Positions 40,740-53,488 of a stretch of 64,000 nt of DNA are shown piece by piece. The stretch comes from Eledone cirrhosa (Eukaryota). The stretch spans positions 59,954,001 to 60,018,000 of the forward strand of contig OZ024745.1 of NCBI GenBank assembly GCA_964016885.1, read 5' to 3'. Under the pieces are notes generated by a model. It saw only the letters and a list, made by a program, of their open reading frames with translations, did no database searches and was not told where the DNA came from. Numbering within the stretch: the stretch's first letter is position 1; every line of letters begins with the position of its first letter. A program made the position numbers and the translations under genes.

Positions 40740-41879
40740 GACTTGGAGTGAAAACCTCGACTTGGAGTGAGAACCTCGACTTGGAGTGAGAACCTCGACT
40801 TGGAGTGAAAACCTCGACTTGGAGTGAGAACCTCGACTTGGAGTGAAAACCTCGACTTGGAGTGAAAACCTCGACTTGGAGTGAGAACCTCGACTTGGAG
40901 TGAGAACCTCGACTTGGAGTGAGAACCTCGACTTGGAGTGAAAACCTCGACTTGGAGTGAGAACCTCGACTTGGAGTGAGAACCTCGACTTGGAGTGAGA
41001 ACCTCGACTTGGAGTGAAAACCTCGACTTGGAGTGAGAACCTCGACTTGGAGTGAGAACCTCGACTTGGAGTGAAAACCTCGACTTGGAGTGAAAACCTC
41101 GACTTGGAGTGAAAACCTCGACTTGGAGTGAGAACCTCGACTTGGAGTGAAAACCTCGACTTGGAGTGAGAACCTCGACTTGGAGTGAGAACCTCGACTT
41201 GGAGTGAGAACCTCGACTTGGAGTGAAAACCTCGACTTGGAGTGAGAACCTCGACTTGGAGTGAGAACCTCGACTTGGAGTGAGAACGTCGACTTGGAGT
41301 GAGAACGTCGACTTGGAGTGAGAACCTCGACTTGGAGTGAAAACCTCGACTTGGAGTGAAAACCTCGACTTGGAGTGAGAACCTCGACTTGGAGTGAGAA
41401 CCTCGACTTGGAGTGAAAACCTCGACTTGGAGTGAAAACCTCGACTTGGAGTGAGAACCTCGACTTGGAGTGAGAACCTCGACTTGGAGTGAGAACCTCG
41501 ACTTGGAGTGTAAACTGCGACTCTGAGTGAAAACCTCGACTTGGAGTGAGAACCTCGACTTGGAGTGAAAACCTCGACTTGGAGTGAGAACCTCGACTTG
41601 GAGTCAGAACCTCGACTTGGAGTCAGAACCTCGACTTGGAGTCAGAACCTCGACTTGGAGTCAGAACCTCGACTTGGAGTCAGAACCTCGACTTGGAGTG
41701 AAAACCTCGACTTGGAGTGAAAACCTCGACTTGGAGTGAGAACCTCGACTTGGAGTGAGAACCTCGACTTGGAGTGAAAACCTCGACTTGGAGTGAGAAC
41801 CTCTACTTGGAGTGAAAACCTCGACTTGGAGTGTAAACTGCGACTTGGAGTGAGAACCTCGACTTGGAGTGAAAACCTC

Positions 41880-42335
41880 GACTTGGAGTGTAAACTGCGA
41901 CTTGGAGTGTAAACTGCGACTTGGAGTGTAATGTACAACTTGGAGCATAATGTACAACTTGGAGCATAATGTACGACTTGGAGCATAATGTACGACTTAG
42001 AGTGTAATGTAGGACTTAGAGTGTAATGTAGGACTTAGAGTGTAATGTAGGACTTAGAGTGTAATGTAGGACTTAGAGTGTAATGTAGGACTAGGAGCAT
42101 AATGTAGGACTAGGAGCATAATGTACGACTTGGAGTGTAATGTAGGACTTGGAGTGTAATGTAGGACTTGGAGTGTAAACTGCGAGTTGAAATATAAATT
42201 GCGACTTGGATTGTAAACCTTGACTTGCAGTGTATTGAACAACTTGGGGTGTATACTGCGGCTTGGAGTGTAAACTGCGGCTCCGAATATAAACTACGAC
42301 TTGCAGTGTCATATATGACTCTGAGTGAAAACCTC
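41880..42335 (+). repeat. Island 14
   Basis: Same block; spacing 84 monomers. Confidence 0.96.
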
Positions 42336-43133
42336 GACTTGGAGTGAAAACCTCGACTTGGAGTGAGAACCTCGACTTGGAGTGAGAACCTCGACTTGGA
42401 GTGAGAACCTCGACTTGGAGTGAGAACCTCGACTTGGAGTGAAAACCTCGACTTGGAGTGAAAACCTCGACTTGGAGTGAAAACCTCGACTTGGAGTGAA
42501 AACCTCGACTTGGAGTGAGAACCTCGACTTGGAGTGAAAACCTCGACTTGGTGTGAGAACCTCGACTTGGAGTGAGAACCTCGACTTGGAGTGAGAACGT
42601 CGACTTGGAGTGAGAACGTCGACTTGGAGTGAGAACCTCGACTTGGAGTGAAAACCTCGACTTGGAGTGAAAACCTCGACTTGGAGTGAGAACCTCGACT
42701 TGGAGTGAGAACCTCGACTTGGAGTGAAAACCTCGACTTGGAGTGAGAACCTCGACTTGGAGTGAGAACCTCGACTTGGAGTGAAAACCTCGACTTGGAG
42801 TGAGAACCTCGACTTGGAGTGAGAACCTCGACTTGGAGTGAAAACCTCGACTTGGAGTGAAAACTTCGACTTGGAGTGAGAACCTCGACTTGGAGTGAGA
42901 ACCTCGACTTGGAGTGAGAACCTCGACTTGGAGTGAAAACCTCGACTTGGTGCGAGAACCTCGACTTGGAGTTAAAACCTCGACTTGGAGTGAGAACCTC
43001 GACTTTGAGTGAGAACCTCGACTTGGAGTGAAAACCTCGACTTGGAGTGAGAACCTCTACTTGGAGTGAAAACCTCGACTTGGAGTGTAAACTGCGACTT
43101 GGAGTGAGAACCTCGACTTGGAGTGAAAACCTC

Positions 43134-43589
43134 GACTTGGAGTGTAAACTGCGACTTGGAGTGTAAACTGCGACTTGCAGTGTAATGTACAACTTGGAGC
43201 ATAATGTACAACTTGGAGCATAATGTACGACTTGGAGCATAATGTACGACTTAGAGTGTAATGTAGGACTTAGAGTGTAATGTAGGACTTAGAGTGTAAT
43301 GTAGGACTTAGAGTGTAATGTAGGACTTAGAGTGTAATGTAGGACTAGGAGCATAATGTAGGACTAGGAGCATAATGTACGACTTGGAGTGTAATGTAGG
43401 ACTTGGAGTGTAATGTAGGACTTGGAGTGTAAACTGCGAGTTGAAATATAAATTGCGACTTGGATTGTAAACCTTGACTTGCAGTGTATTGAACAACTTG
43501 GGGTGTATACTGCGGCTTGGAGTGTAAACTGCGGCTCCGAATATAAACTACGACTTGCAGTGTCATATATGACTCTGAGTGAAAACCTC
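43134..43589 (+). repeat. Island 15
   Basis: Spacing 66 monomers; GACTTGCAGTGTAATGTAC variant shared with island 18. Confidence 0.96.
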
Positions 43590-46500
43590 GACTTGGAGTG
43601 AAAACCTCGACTTGGAGTGAGAACCTCGACTTGGAGTGAGAACCTCGACTTGGAGTGAAAACCTCGACTTGGAGTGAGAACCTCGACTTGGAGTGAAAAC
43701 CTCGACTTGGAGTGAAAACCTCGACTTGGAGTGAGAACCTCGACTTGGAGTGAAAACCTCGACTTGGAGTGAGAACCTCGACTTGGAGTGAAAACCTCGA
43801 CTTGGAGTGAAAACCTCGACTTGGAGTGAGAACCTCGACTTGGAGTGAGAACCTCGACTTGGAGTGAAAACCTCGACTTGGAGTGAGAACCTCGACTTGG
43901 AGTGAGAACCTCGACTTGGAGTGAGAACCTCGACTTGGAGTGAAAACCTCGACTTGGAGTGAAAACCTCGACTTGGATTGAGAACCTCGACTTGGAGTGA
44001 AAACCTCGACTTGGAGTGAGAACCTCGACTTGGAGTGAGAACCTCGACTTGGAGTGAGAACCTCGACTTGAAGTGAGAACCTCGACTTGGAGTGAGAACC
44101 TCGACTTGGAGTGAAAACCTCGACTTGGAGTGAAAACTTCGACTTGGAGTGAGAACCTCGACTTGGAGTGAGAACCTCGACTTGGAGTGAGAACCTCGAC
44201 TTGGAGTGAGAACCTCGACTTGGAGTGATAACCTCGACTTGGAGTGAGAACCTCGACTTGGAGTGAGAACCTCGACTTGGAGTGAAAACCTCGACTTGGA
44301 GTGAGAACCTCGACTTGGAGTGAAAACCTCGACTTGGAGTGAGAACCTCGACTTGGAGTGAAAACCTCGACTTGGAGTGAGAACCTCGACTTGGAGTGAA
44401 AACCTCGACTTGGAGTGAGAACCTCGACTTGGAGTGAGAACCTCGACTTTGAGTGAAAACCTCGACTTGGAGAGAGAACCTCGACTTGGAGTGAAAACCT
44501 CGACTTTGAGTGAAAACCTCGACTTGGAGTGAGAACCTCGACTTTGAGTGAGAACCTCGACTTGGAGTGAGAACCTCGACTTGGAGTGAGAACCTCGACT
44601 TGGAGTGAGAACCTCGACTTGGAGTGAGAACCTCGACTTGGAGTGAGAACCTCGACTTGGAGTGAGAACCTCGACTTGGAGTGAAAACCTCGACTTGGAG
44701 TGAGAACCTCGACTTGGAGTGAAAACCTCGACTTGGAGTGAGAACCTCGACTTGGAGTGAAAACCTCGACTTGGAGTGAGAACCTCGACTTGGAGTGAAA
44801 ACCTCGACTTGGAGTGAGAACCTCGACTTGGAGTGAAAACCTCGACTTGGAGTGAGAACCTCGACTTGGAGTGAAAACCTCGACTTGGAGTGAGAACCTC
44901 GACTTGGAGTGAGAACCTCGACTTTGAGTGAAAACCTCGACTTGGAGAGAGAACCTCGACTTGGAGAGAGAACCTCGACTTGGAGTGAAAACCTCGACTT
45001 TGAGTGAAAACCTCGACTTGGAGTGAAAACCTCGACTTGGAGTGAGAACCTCGACTTGGAGTGGAAACCTCGACTTGGAGTGGAAACCTCGACTTGGAGT
45101 GAAAACCTCGACTTGGAGTGAGAACCTCGACTTGGAGTGATAACCTCGACTTGGAGTGAGAACCTCGACTTGGAGTGAGAACCTCGACTTGGAGTGAAAA
45201 CCTCGACTTGGAGTGAAAACCTCGACTTGGAGTGAAAACCTCGACTTGGAGTGAGAACCTCGACTTGGAGTGAGAACCTCGACTTGGAGTGACAACCTCG
45301 ACTTGGAGTGGAAACCTCGACTTGGAGTGAAAACCTCGACTTGGAGTGAAAACCTCGACTTGGAATGAGAACCTCGACTTGGAGTGAGAACCTCGACTTG
45401 GAGTGAAAACCTCGACTTGGAGTGAGAACCTTGACTTGGAGTGAGAACCTCGACTTGGAGTGAAAACCTCGACTTGGAGTGAGAACCTCGACTTGGAGTG
45501 AGAACCTCGACTTGGAGTGAGAACCTCGACGTGGAGTGAGAACCTCGACTTGGAGTGAGAACCTCGACTTGAAGTGAAAACCTCGACTTGGAGTGAGAAC
45601 CTCGACTTGGAGTGAAAACCTCGACTTGGTGTGAGAACCTCGACTTGGAGTGAGAACCTCGACTTGGAGTGAAAACCTCGACTTGGAGTGAAAACCTCGA
45701 CTTGGAGTGAAAACCTCGACTTGGAGTGAAAACCTCGACTTGGAGTGAGAACCTCGACTTGCAGTGAAAACCTCGACTTGGAGTGAGAACCTCGACTTGG
45801 AGTGAGAACCTCGATTTGCAGTGAAAACCTCGACTTGGAGTGAGAACCTCGACTTGCAGTGAAAACCTCGACTTGGAGTGAGAACCTCGACTTGCAGTGA
45901 AAACCTCGACTTGGATTGAGAACCTCGACTTGCAGTGAAAACCTCGACTTGGAGTGAGAACCTCGACTTGGAGTGAAAACCTCGACTTGCAGTGAAAACC
46001 TCGACTTGGAGTGAGAACCTCGACTTGGAGTGAAAACCTCGACTTGGAGTGAAAACCTCGACTTGGAATGAAAACCTCGACTTGGAGTGAGAACCTCGAC
46101 TTGGAGTGAGAACCTCGACTTGGAGTGAGAACCTCGACTTGGAGTGAGAACCTCGACTTGGAGTGAGAACCTCGACTTGGAGTGAGAACCTCGACTTGGA
46201 GTGAAAACTGCGACTCTGAGTGAAAACCTCGACTTGGAGTGAGAACCTCGACTTGGAGTGAAAACCTCGACTTGGAGTGAGAACCTCGACTTGGAGTGAG
46301 AACCTCGACTTGGAGTGAAAACCTCGACTTGGAGTGAAAACCTCGACTTGGAGTGAAAACCTCGACTTGGAGTGAGAACCTCGACTTGGAGTGAAAACCT
46401 CGACTTGGAGTGAAAACCTCGACTTGGAGTGAGAACCTCGACTTGGAGTGAGAACCTCGACTTGGAGTGAGAACCTCGACTTGGAGTGAGAACCTCGACT

Positions 46501-46876
46501 TGGAGTGTAAACTGCGACTCTGAGTGAAAACCTCGACTTGGAGTGAGAACCTCGACTTGGAGTGAAAACCTCGACTTGGAGTGAGAACCTCGACTTGGAG
46601 TCAGAACCTCGACTTGGAGTCAGAACCTCGACTTGGAGTCAGAACCTCGACTTGGAGTCAGAACCTCGACTCGGAGTCAGAACCTCGACTTCGAGTGAAA
46701 ACCTCGACTTGGAGTGAAAACCTCGACTTGGAGTGAGAACCTCGACTTGGAGTGAGAACCTCGACTTGGAGTGAAAACCTCGACTTGGAGTGAGAACCTC
46801 TACTTGGAGTGAAAACCTCGACTTGGAGTGTAAACTGCGACTTGGAGTGAGAACCTCGACTTGGAGTGAAAACCTC

Positions 46877-47294
46877 GACTTGGAGTGTAAACTGCGACTT
46901 GGAGTGTAAACTGCGACTTGGAGTGTAATGTACAACTTGGAGCATAATGTACAACTTGGAGCATAATGTACGACTTGGAGCATAATGTACGACTTAGAGT
47001 GTAATGTAGGACTTAGAGTGTAATGTAGGACTTAGAGTGTAATGTAGGACTAGGATCATAATGTAGGACTAGGAGCATAATGTACGACTTGGAGAGTAAT
47101 GTAGGACTTGGAGTGTAATGTAGGACTTGGAGTGTAAACTGCGAGTTGAAATATAAATTGCGACTTGGATTGTAAACCTTGACTTGCAGTGTATTGAACA
47201 ACTTGGGGTGTATACTGCGGCTTGGAGTGTAAACTGCGGCTCCGAATATAAACTACGACTTGCAGTGTCATATATGACTCTGAGTGAACACTTC
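46877..47294 (+). repeat. Island 16 (short haplotype, paralog of island 12)
   Basis: 3 TTAG monomers, GAGAGTAATG, GAACACTTCAAC and a private GGATCATA; spacing 195 monomers. Confidence 0.96.
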
Positions 47295-48149
47295 AACTTG
47301 GAGTGAAAACCTCGACTTGGAGTGAGAACCTCGACTTGGAGTGAGAACCTCGACTTGGAGTGAAAACCTCGACTTGGAGTGAGAACCTCGACTTGGAGTG
47401 AAAACCTCGACTTGGAGTGAAAACCTCGACTTGGAGTGAGAACCTCGACTTGGAGTGAGAACCTCGACTTGGAGTGAGAACCTCGACTTGGAGTGAAAAC
47501 CTCGACTTGGAGTGAGAACCTCGACTTGGAGTGAGAACCTCGACTTGGAGTGAGAACCTCGACTTGGAGTGAAAACCTCGACTTGGAGTGAGAACCTCGA
47601 CTTGGAGTGAAAACCTCGACTTGGAGTGAAAACCTCGACTTGGAGTGAAAACCTCGACTTGGAGTGAAAACCTCGACTTGGAGTGAGAACCTCGACTTGG
47701 AGTGAAAACCTCGACTTGGAGTGAGAACCTCGACTTGGAGTGAGAACCTCGACTTGGAGTGAGAACGTCGACTTGGAGTGAGAACGTCGACTTGGAGTGA
47801 GAACCTCGACTTGGAGTGAAAACCTCGACTTGGAGTGAAAACCTCGACTTGGAGTGAGAACCTCGACTTGGAGTGAGAACCTCGACTTGGAGTGAAAACC
47901 TCGACTTGGAGTGAGAACCTCGACTTGGAGTGAGAACCTCGACTTGGAGTGAAAACCTCGACTTGGAGTGAAAACTTCGACTTGGAGTGAGAACCTCGAC
48001 TTTGAGTGAGAACCTCGACTTGGAGTGAAAACCTCGACTTGGAGTGAGAACCTCTACTTGGAGTGAAAACCTCTACTTGGAGTGAAAACCTCGACTTGGA
48101 GTATAAACTGCGACTTGGAGTGAGAACCTCGACTTGGAGTGAAAACCTC

Positions 48150-48605
48150 GACTTGGAGTGTAAACTGCGACTTGGAGTGTAAACTGCGACTTGGAGTGTA
48201 ATGTACAACTTGGAGCATAATGTACAACTTGGAGCATAATGTACGACTTGGAGCATAATGTACGACTTAGAGTGTAATGTAGGACTTAGAGTGTAATGTA
48301 GGACTTAGAGTGTAATGTAGGACTTAGAGTGTAATGTAGGACTTAGAGTGTAATGTAGGACTAGGAGCATAATGTAGGACTAGGAGCATAATGTACGACT
48401 TGGAGTGTAATGTAGGACTTGGAGTGTAATGTAGGACTTGGAGTGTAAACTGCGAGTTGAAATATAAATTGCGACTTGGATTGTAAACCTTGACTTGCAG
48501 TGTATTGAACAACTTGGGGTGTATACTGCGGCTTGGAGTGTAAACTGCGGCTCCGAATATAAACTACGACTTGCAGTGTCATATCTGACTCTGAGTGAAA
48601 ACCTC
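48150..48605 (+). repeat. Island 17 (GTCATATCT haplotype, paralog of island 13)
   Basis: Spacing 69 monomers, identical to the island 12-13 spacing. Confidence 0.96.
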
Positions 48606-50657
48606 GACTTGGAGTGAAAACCTCGACTTGGAGTGAGAACCTCGACTTGGAGTGAGAACCTCGACTTGGAGTGAAAACCTCGACTTGGAGTGAGAACCTC
48701 GACTTGGAGTGAAAACCTCGACTTGGAGTGAAAACCTCGACTTGGAGTGAGAACCTCGACTTGGAGTGAGAACCTCGACTTGGAGTGAGAACCTCGACTT
48801 GGAGTGAAAACCTCGACTTGGAGTGAGAACCTCGACTTGGAGTGAGAACCTCGACTTGGAGTGAAAACCTCGACTTGGAGTGAGAACCTCGACTTGGAGT
48901 GAGAACCTCGACTTGGAGTGAGAACCTCGACTTGGAGTGAAAACCTCGACTTGGAGTGAGAACCTCGACTTGGAGTGAGAACCTCGACTTGGAGTGAAAA
49001 CCTCGACTTGGAGTGAAAACCTCGACTTGGAGTGAAAACCTCGACTTGGAGTGAGAACCTCGACTTGGAGTGAAAACCTCGACTTGGAGTGAGAACCTCG
49101 ACTTGGAGTGAGAACCTCGACTTGGAGTGAGAACCTCGACTTGGAGTGAGAACGTCGACTTGGAGTGAGAACCTCGACTTGGAGTGAGAACCTCGACTTG
49201 GAGTGAGAACGTCGACTTGGAGTGAGAACGTCGACTTGGAGTGAGAACCTCGACTTGGAGTGAAAACCTCGACTTGGAGTGAAAACCCCGACTTGGAGTG
49301 AGAACCTCGACTTGGAGTGAGAACCTCGACTTGGAGTGAAAACCTCGACTTGGAGTGAGAACCTCGACTTGGAGTGAGAACCTCGACTTGGAGTGAAAAC
49401 CTCGACTTGGAGTGAGAACCTCGACTTGGAGTGAGAACCTCGACTTGGAGTGAGAACCTCGACTTGGAGTGAAAACCTCGACTTGGAGTGAAAACTTCGA
49501 CTTGGAGTGAGAACCTCGACTTGGAGTGAGAACCTCGACTTGGAGTGAGAACCTCGACTTGGAGTGAAAACCTCGACTTGGTGCGAGAACCTCGACTTGG
49601 AGTTAAAACCTCGACTTGGAGTGAGAACCTCGACTTGGAGTGAAAACCTCGACTTGGAGTGAGAACCTCGACTTGGTGTGAGAACCTGGACTTGGAGTGG
49701 AAACCTCGACTTGGAGTGAAAACCTCGACTTGGAGTCAGAACCTCGACTTTGAGTGAAAACCTCGACTTGGGGTGAGAACCTCGACTTGGAGTGAAAACC
49801 TCGACTTGGAGTGAGAACCTCGACTTGGAGTGAAAACCTCGACTTGGAGTGAAAACCTCGACTTGGAGTGAGAACCTCGACTTGGAGTGGAAACCTCGAC
49901 TTGTAGTGAAAACCTCGACTTGGAGTGAAAACCTCGGCTTGGAGTGAAAACCTCGACTTTGAGTGAGAACCTCGACTTGGAGTGAGAACCTCGACTTGGA
50001 GTGAAAACCTCGACTTGGAGTGAGAACCTCGACTTGGAGTGAGAACCTCGACTTGGAGTGAGAACCTCGACTTGGAGTGAGAACCTCGACTTGGAGTGAA
50101 AACCTCGACTTGGAGTGAGAACCTCGACTTGGAGTGAAAACCTCGACTTGGAGTGAAAACCTCGACTTGGAGTGAAAACCTCGACTTGGAGTGAGAACCT
50201 CGACTTGGAGTGAGAACCTCGACTTGGAGTGACAACCTCGACTTGGAGTGAAAACCTCGACTTGGAGTGAGAACCTCGACTTGGAGTGAGAACCACGACT
50301 TGGAGTGAAAACCTCGACTTGGAGTGAGAACCTCGACTTGGAGTGAAAACCTCGACTTGGAGGGAAAACCTCGACTTGGAGTGAGAACCTCGACTTGGAG
50401 TGAGAACCTCGACTTGGAGTGAGAACCTCGACTTGGAGTGAGAACCTCGACTTGGAGTGAAAACCTCGACTTGGAGTGAAAACCTCGACTTGGAGTGAAA
50501 ACCTCGACTTGGAGTGAGAACCTCGACTTGGAGTGAGAACCTCGACTTGGAGTGAAAACCTCGACTTGGAGTGAGAACCTCTACTTGGAGTGAAAACCTC
50601 GACTTGAAGTGTAAACTGCGACTTGGAGTGAGAACCTCGACTTGGAGTGAAAACCTC

Positions 50658-51113
50658 GACTTGGAGTGTAAACTGCGACTTGGAGTGTAAACTGCGACTT
50701 GCAGTGTAATGTACAACTTGGAGCATAATGTACAACTTGGAGCATAATGTACGACTTGGAGCATAATGTACGACTTAGAGTGTAATGTAGGACTTAGAGT
50801 GTAATGTAGGACTTAGAGTGTAATGTAGGACTTAGAGTGTAATGTAGGACTTAGAGTGTAATGTAGGACTTGGAGCATAATGTAGGACTAGGAGCATAAT
50901 GTACGACTTGGAGTGTAATGTAGGACTTGGAGTGTAATGTAGGACTTGGAGTGTAAACTGCGAGTTGAAATATAAATTGCGACTTGGATTGTAAACCTTG
51001 ACTTGCAGTGTATTGAACAACTTGGGGTGTATACTGCGGCTTGGAGTGTAAACTGCGGCTCCGAATATAAACTACGACTTGCAGTGTCATATATGACTCT
51101 GAGTGAAAACCTC
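50658..51113 (+). repeat. Island 18
   Basis: Spacing 132 monomers; first GACTAGG monomer reads GACTTGG. Confidence 0.96.
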
Positions 51114-53032
51114 GACTTGGGGTGAAAACCTCGACTTGGAGTGAGAACCTCGACTTGGAGTGAGAACCTCGACTTGGAGTGAAAACCTCGACTTGGAGTG
51201 AGAACCTCGACTTGGAGTGAAAACCTCGACTTGGAGTGAAAACCTCGACTTGGAGTGAGAACCTCGACTTGGAGTGAGAACCTCGACTTGGAGTGAAAAC
51301 CTCGACTTGGAGTGAAAACCTCGACTTGGAGTGAATACCTCGACTTGGAGTGAAAACCTCGACTTGGAGTGAAAACCTCGACTTGGAGTGAGAACCTCGA
51401 TTTGGAGTGAGAACCTCGACTTGGAGTGAGAACCTCGACTTGGAGTGAGAACCTCGATTTGGAGTGAGAACCTCGATTTGGAGTGAGAACCTCGATTTGG
51501 AGTGAGAACCTCGATTTGGAGTGAGAACCTCGATTTGGAGTGAGAACCTCGACTTGGAGTGAAAACCTCGACTTGGAGTGAAAACCTCGACTTGGAGTGA
51601 GAACCTCGACTTGGAGTGAGAACCTCGACATGGAGTGAAAACCTCGACTTGGAGTGAGAACCTCGACTTGGAGTGAAAACCTCGACTTTGAGTGAAAACC
51701 TCGACTTGGAGTGAAAACCTCGACTTGGAGTGAGAACCTCGACTTGGAGTGAGAACCTCGACTTGGAGTGAAAACCTCGACTTGGAGTGAGAACCTCGAC
51801 TTGGAGTGAAAACCTCGACTTGGAGTGAGAACCTCGACTTGGAGTGAGAACCTCGACTTGGAGTGAAAACCTCGACTTGGAGTGAGAACCTCGACTTGGA
51901 GTGAAAACCTCGACTTGGAGTGAGAACCTCGACTTGGAGTGAAAACCTCGACTTGGAGTGAGAACCTCGACTTGGAGTGAAAACCTCGACTTGGAGTGAA
52001 AACCTCGACTTGGAGTGAAAACCTCGACTTGGAGTGAGAACCTCGACTTGGAGTGAGAACCTCGACTTGGAGTGAGAACCTCGATTTGGAGTGAGAACCT
52101 CGACTTGGAGTGAGAACCTCGACTTGGAGTGAGAACCTCGACTTGGAGTGAGAACCTCGACTTGGAGTGAGAACCTCGACTTGGAGTGAAAACCTCGACT
52201 TGGAGTGAGAACCTCGACTTGGAGTGAAAACCTCGACTTGGAGTGAGAACCTCGACTTGGAGTGAAAACCTCGACTTGGAGTGAGAACCTCGACTTGGAG
52301 TGAAAACCTCGACTTGGAGTGAGAACCTCGACTTGGAGTGAGAACCTCGACTTGGAGTGAAAACCTCGACTTGGAGTGAGAACCTCGACTTGGAGTGAAA
52401 ACCTCGACTTGGAGTGAGAACCTCGACTTGGAGTGAGAACCTCGACTTGGAGTGAAAACCTCGACTTGGAGTGAAAACCTCGACTTGGAGTGAAAACCTC
52501 GACTTGGAGTGAGAACCTCGACTTGGAGTGAAAACCTCGACTTGGAGTGAGAACCTCGACTTGGAGTGAAAACCTCGACTTGGAGTGAGAACCTCGACTT
52601 GGAGTGAAAACCTCGACTTGGAGTGAGAACCTCGACTTGGAGTGAAAACCTCGACTTGGAGTGAGAACCTCGACTTGGAGTGAAAACCTCGACTTGGAGT
52701 GAGAACCTCGACTTGGAGTGAGAACCTCGACTTGGAATGAAAACCTCGACTTGGAGTGAAAACCTCGACTTGGAGTGAAAACCTCGACTTGGAGTGAGAA
52801 CCTCGACTTGGAGTGTAAACCTCGACTTGGAGTGTAAACCTCGACTTGGAGTGTAAACCTCGACTTGGAGTGTAAACCTCGACTTGGAGTGTAAACCTCG
52901 ACTTGGAGTGAGAACCTCGACTTGGAGTGAAAACCTCGACTTGGAGTGAGAACCTCTACTTGGAGTGAAAACCTCGACTTGGAGTGTAAACTGCGACTTG
53001 GAGTGAGAACCTCGACTTGGAGTGAAAACCTC

Positions 53033-53488
53033 GACTTGGAGTGTAAACTGCGACTTGGAGTGTAAACTGCGACTTGGAGTGTAATGTACAACTTGGAGCA
53101 TAATGTACAACTTGGAGCATAATGTACGACTTGGAGCATAATGTACGACTTAGAGTGTAATGTAGGACTTAGAGTGTAATGTAGGACTTAGAGTGTAATG
53201 TAGGACTTAGAGTGTAATGTAGGACTTAGAGTGTAATGTAGGACTAGGAGCATAATGTAGGACTAGGAGCATAATGTACGACTTGGAGTGTAATGTAGGA
53301 CTTGGAGTGTAATGTAGGACTTGGAGTGTAAACTGCGAGTTGAAATATAAATTGCGACTTGGATTGTAAACCTTGACTTGCAGTGTATTGAACAACTTGG
53401 GGTGTATACTGCGGCTTGGAGTGTAAACTGCGGCTCCGAATATAAACTACGACTTGCAGTGTCATATATGACTCTGAGTGAAAACCTC
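53033..53488 (+). repeat. Island 19
   Basis: Same block; spacing 125 monomers. Confidence 0.96.

Larger units (their letters stand above)
31848..49400 (+). repeat. Tandem duplication of a four-island super-unit (islands 10-13 vs 14-17); boundaries approximate
   Basis: Shared private variants in the same order; offset about 10 kb on the left and exactly 7866 bp on the right (GACTTCG at 38821 and 46687). Confidence 0.85.
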
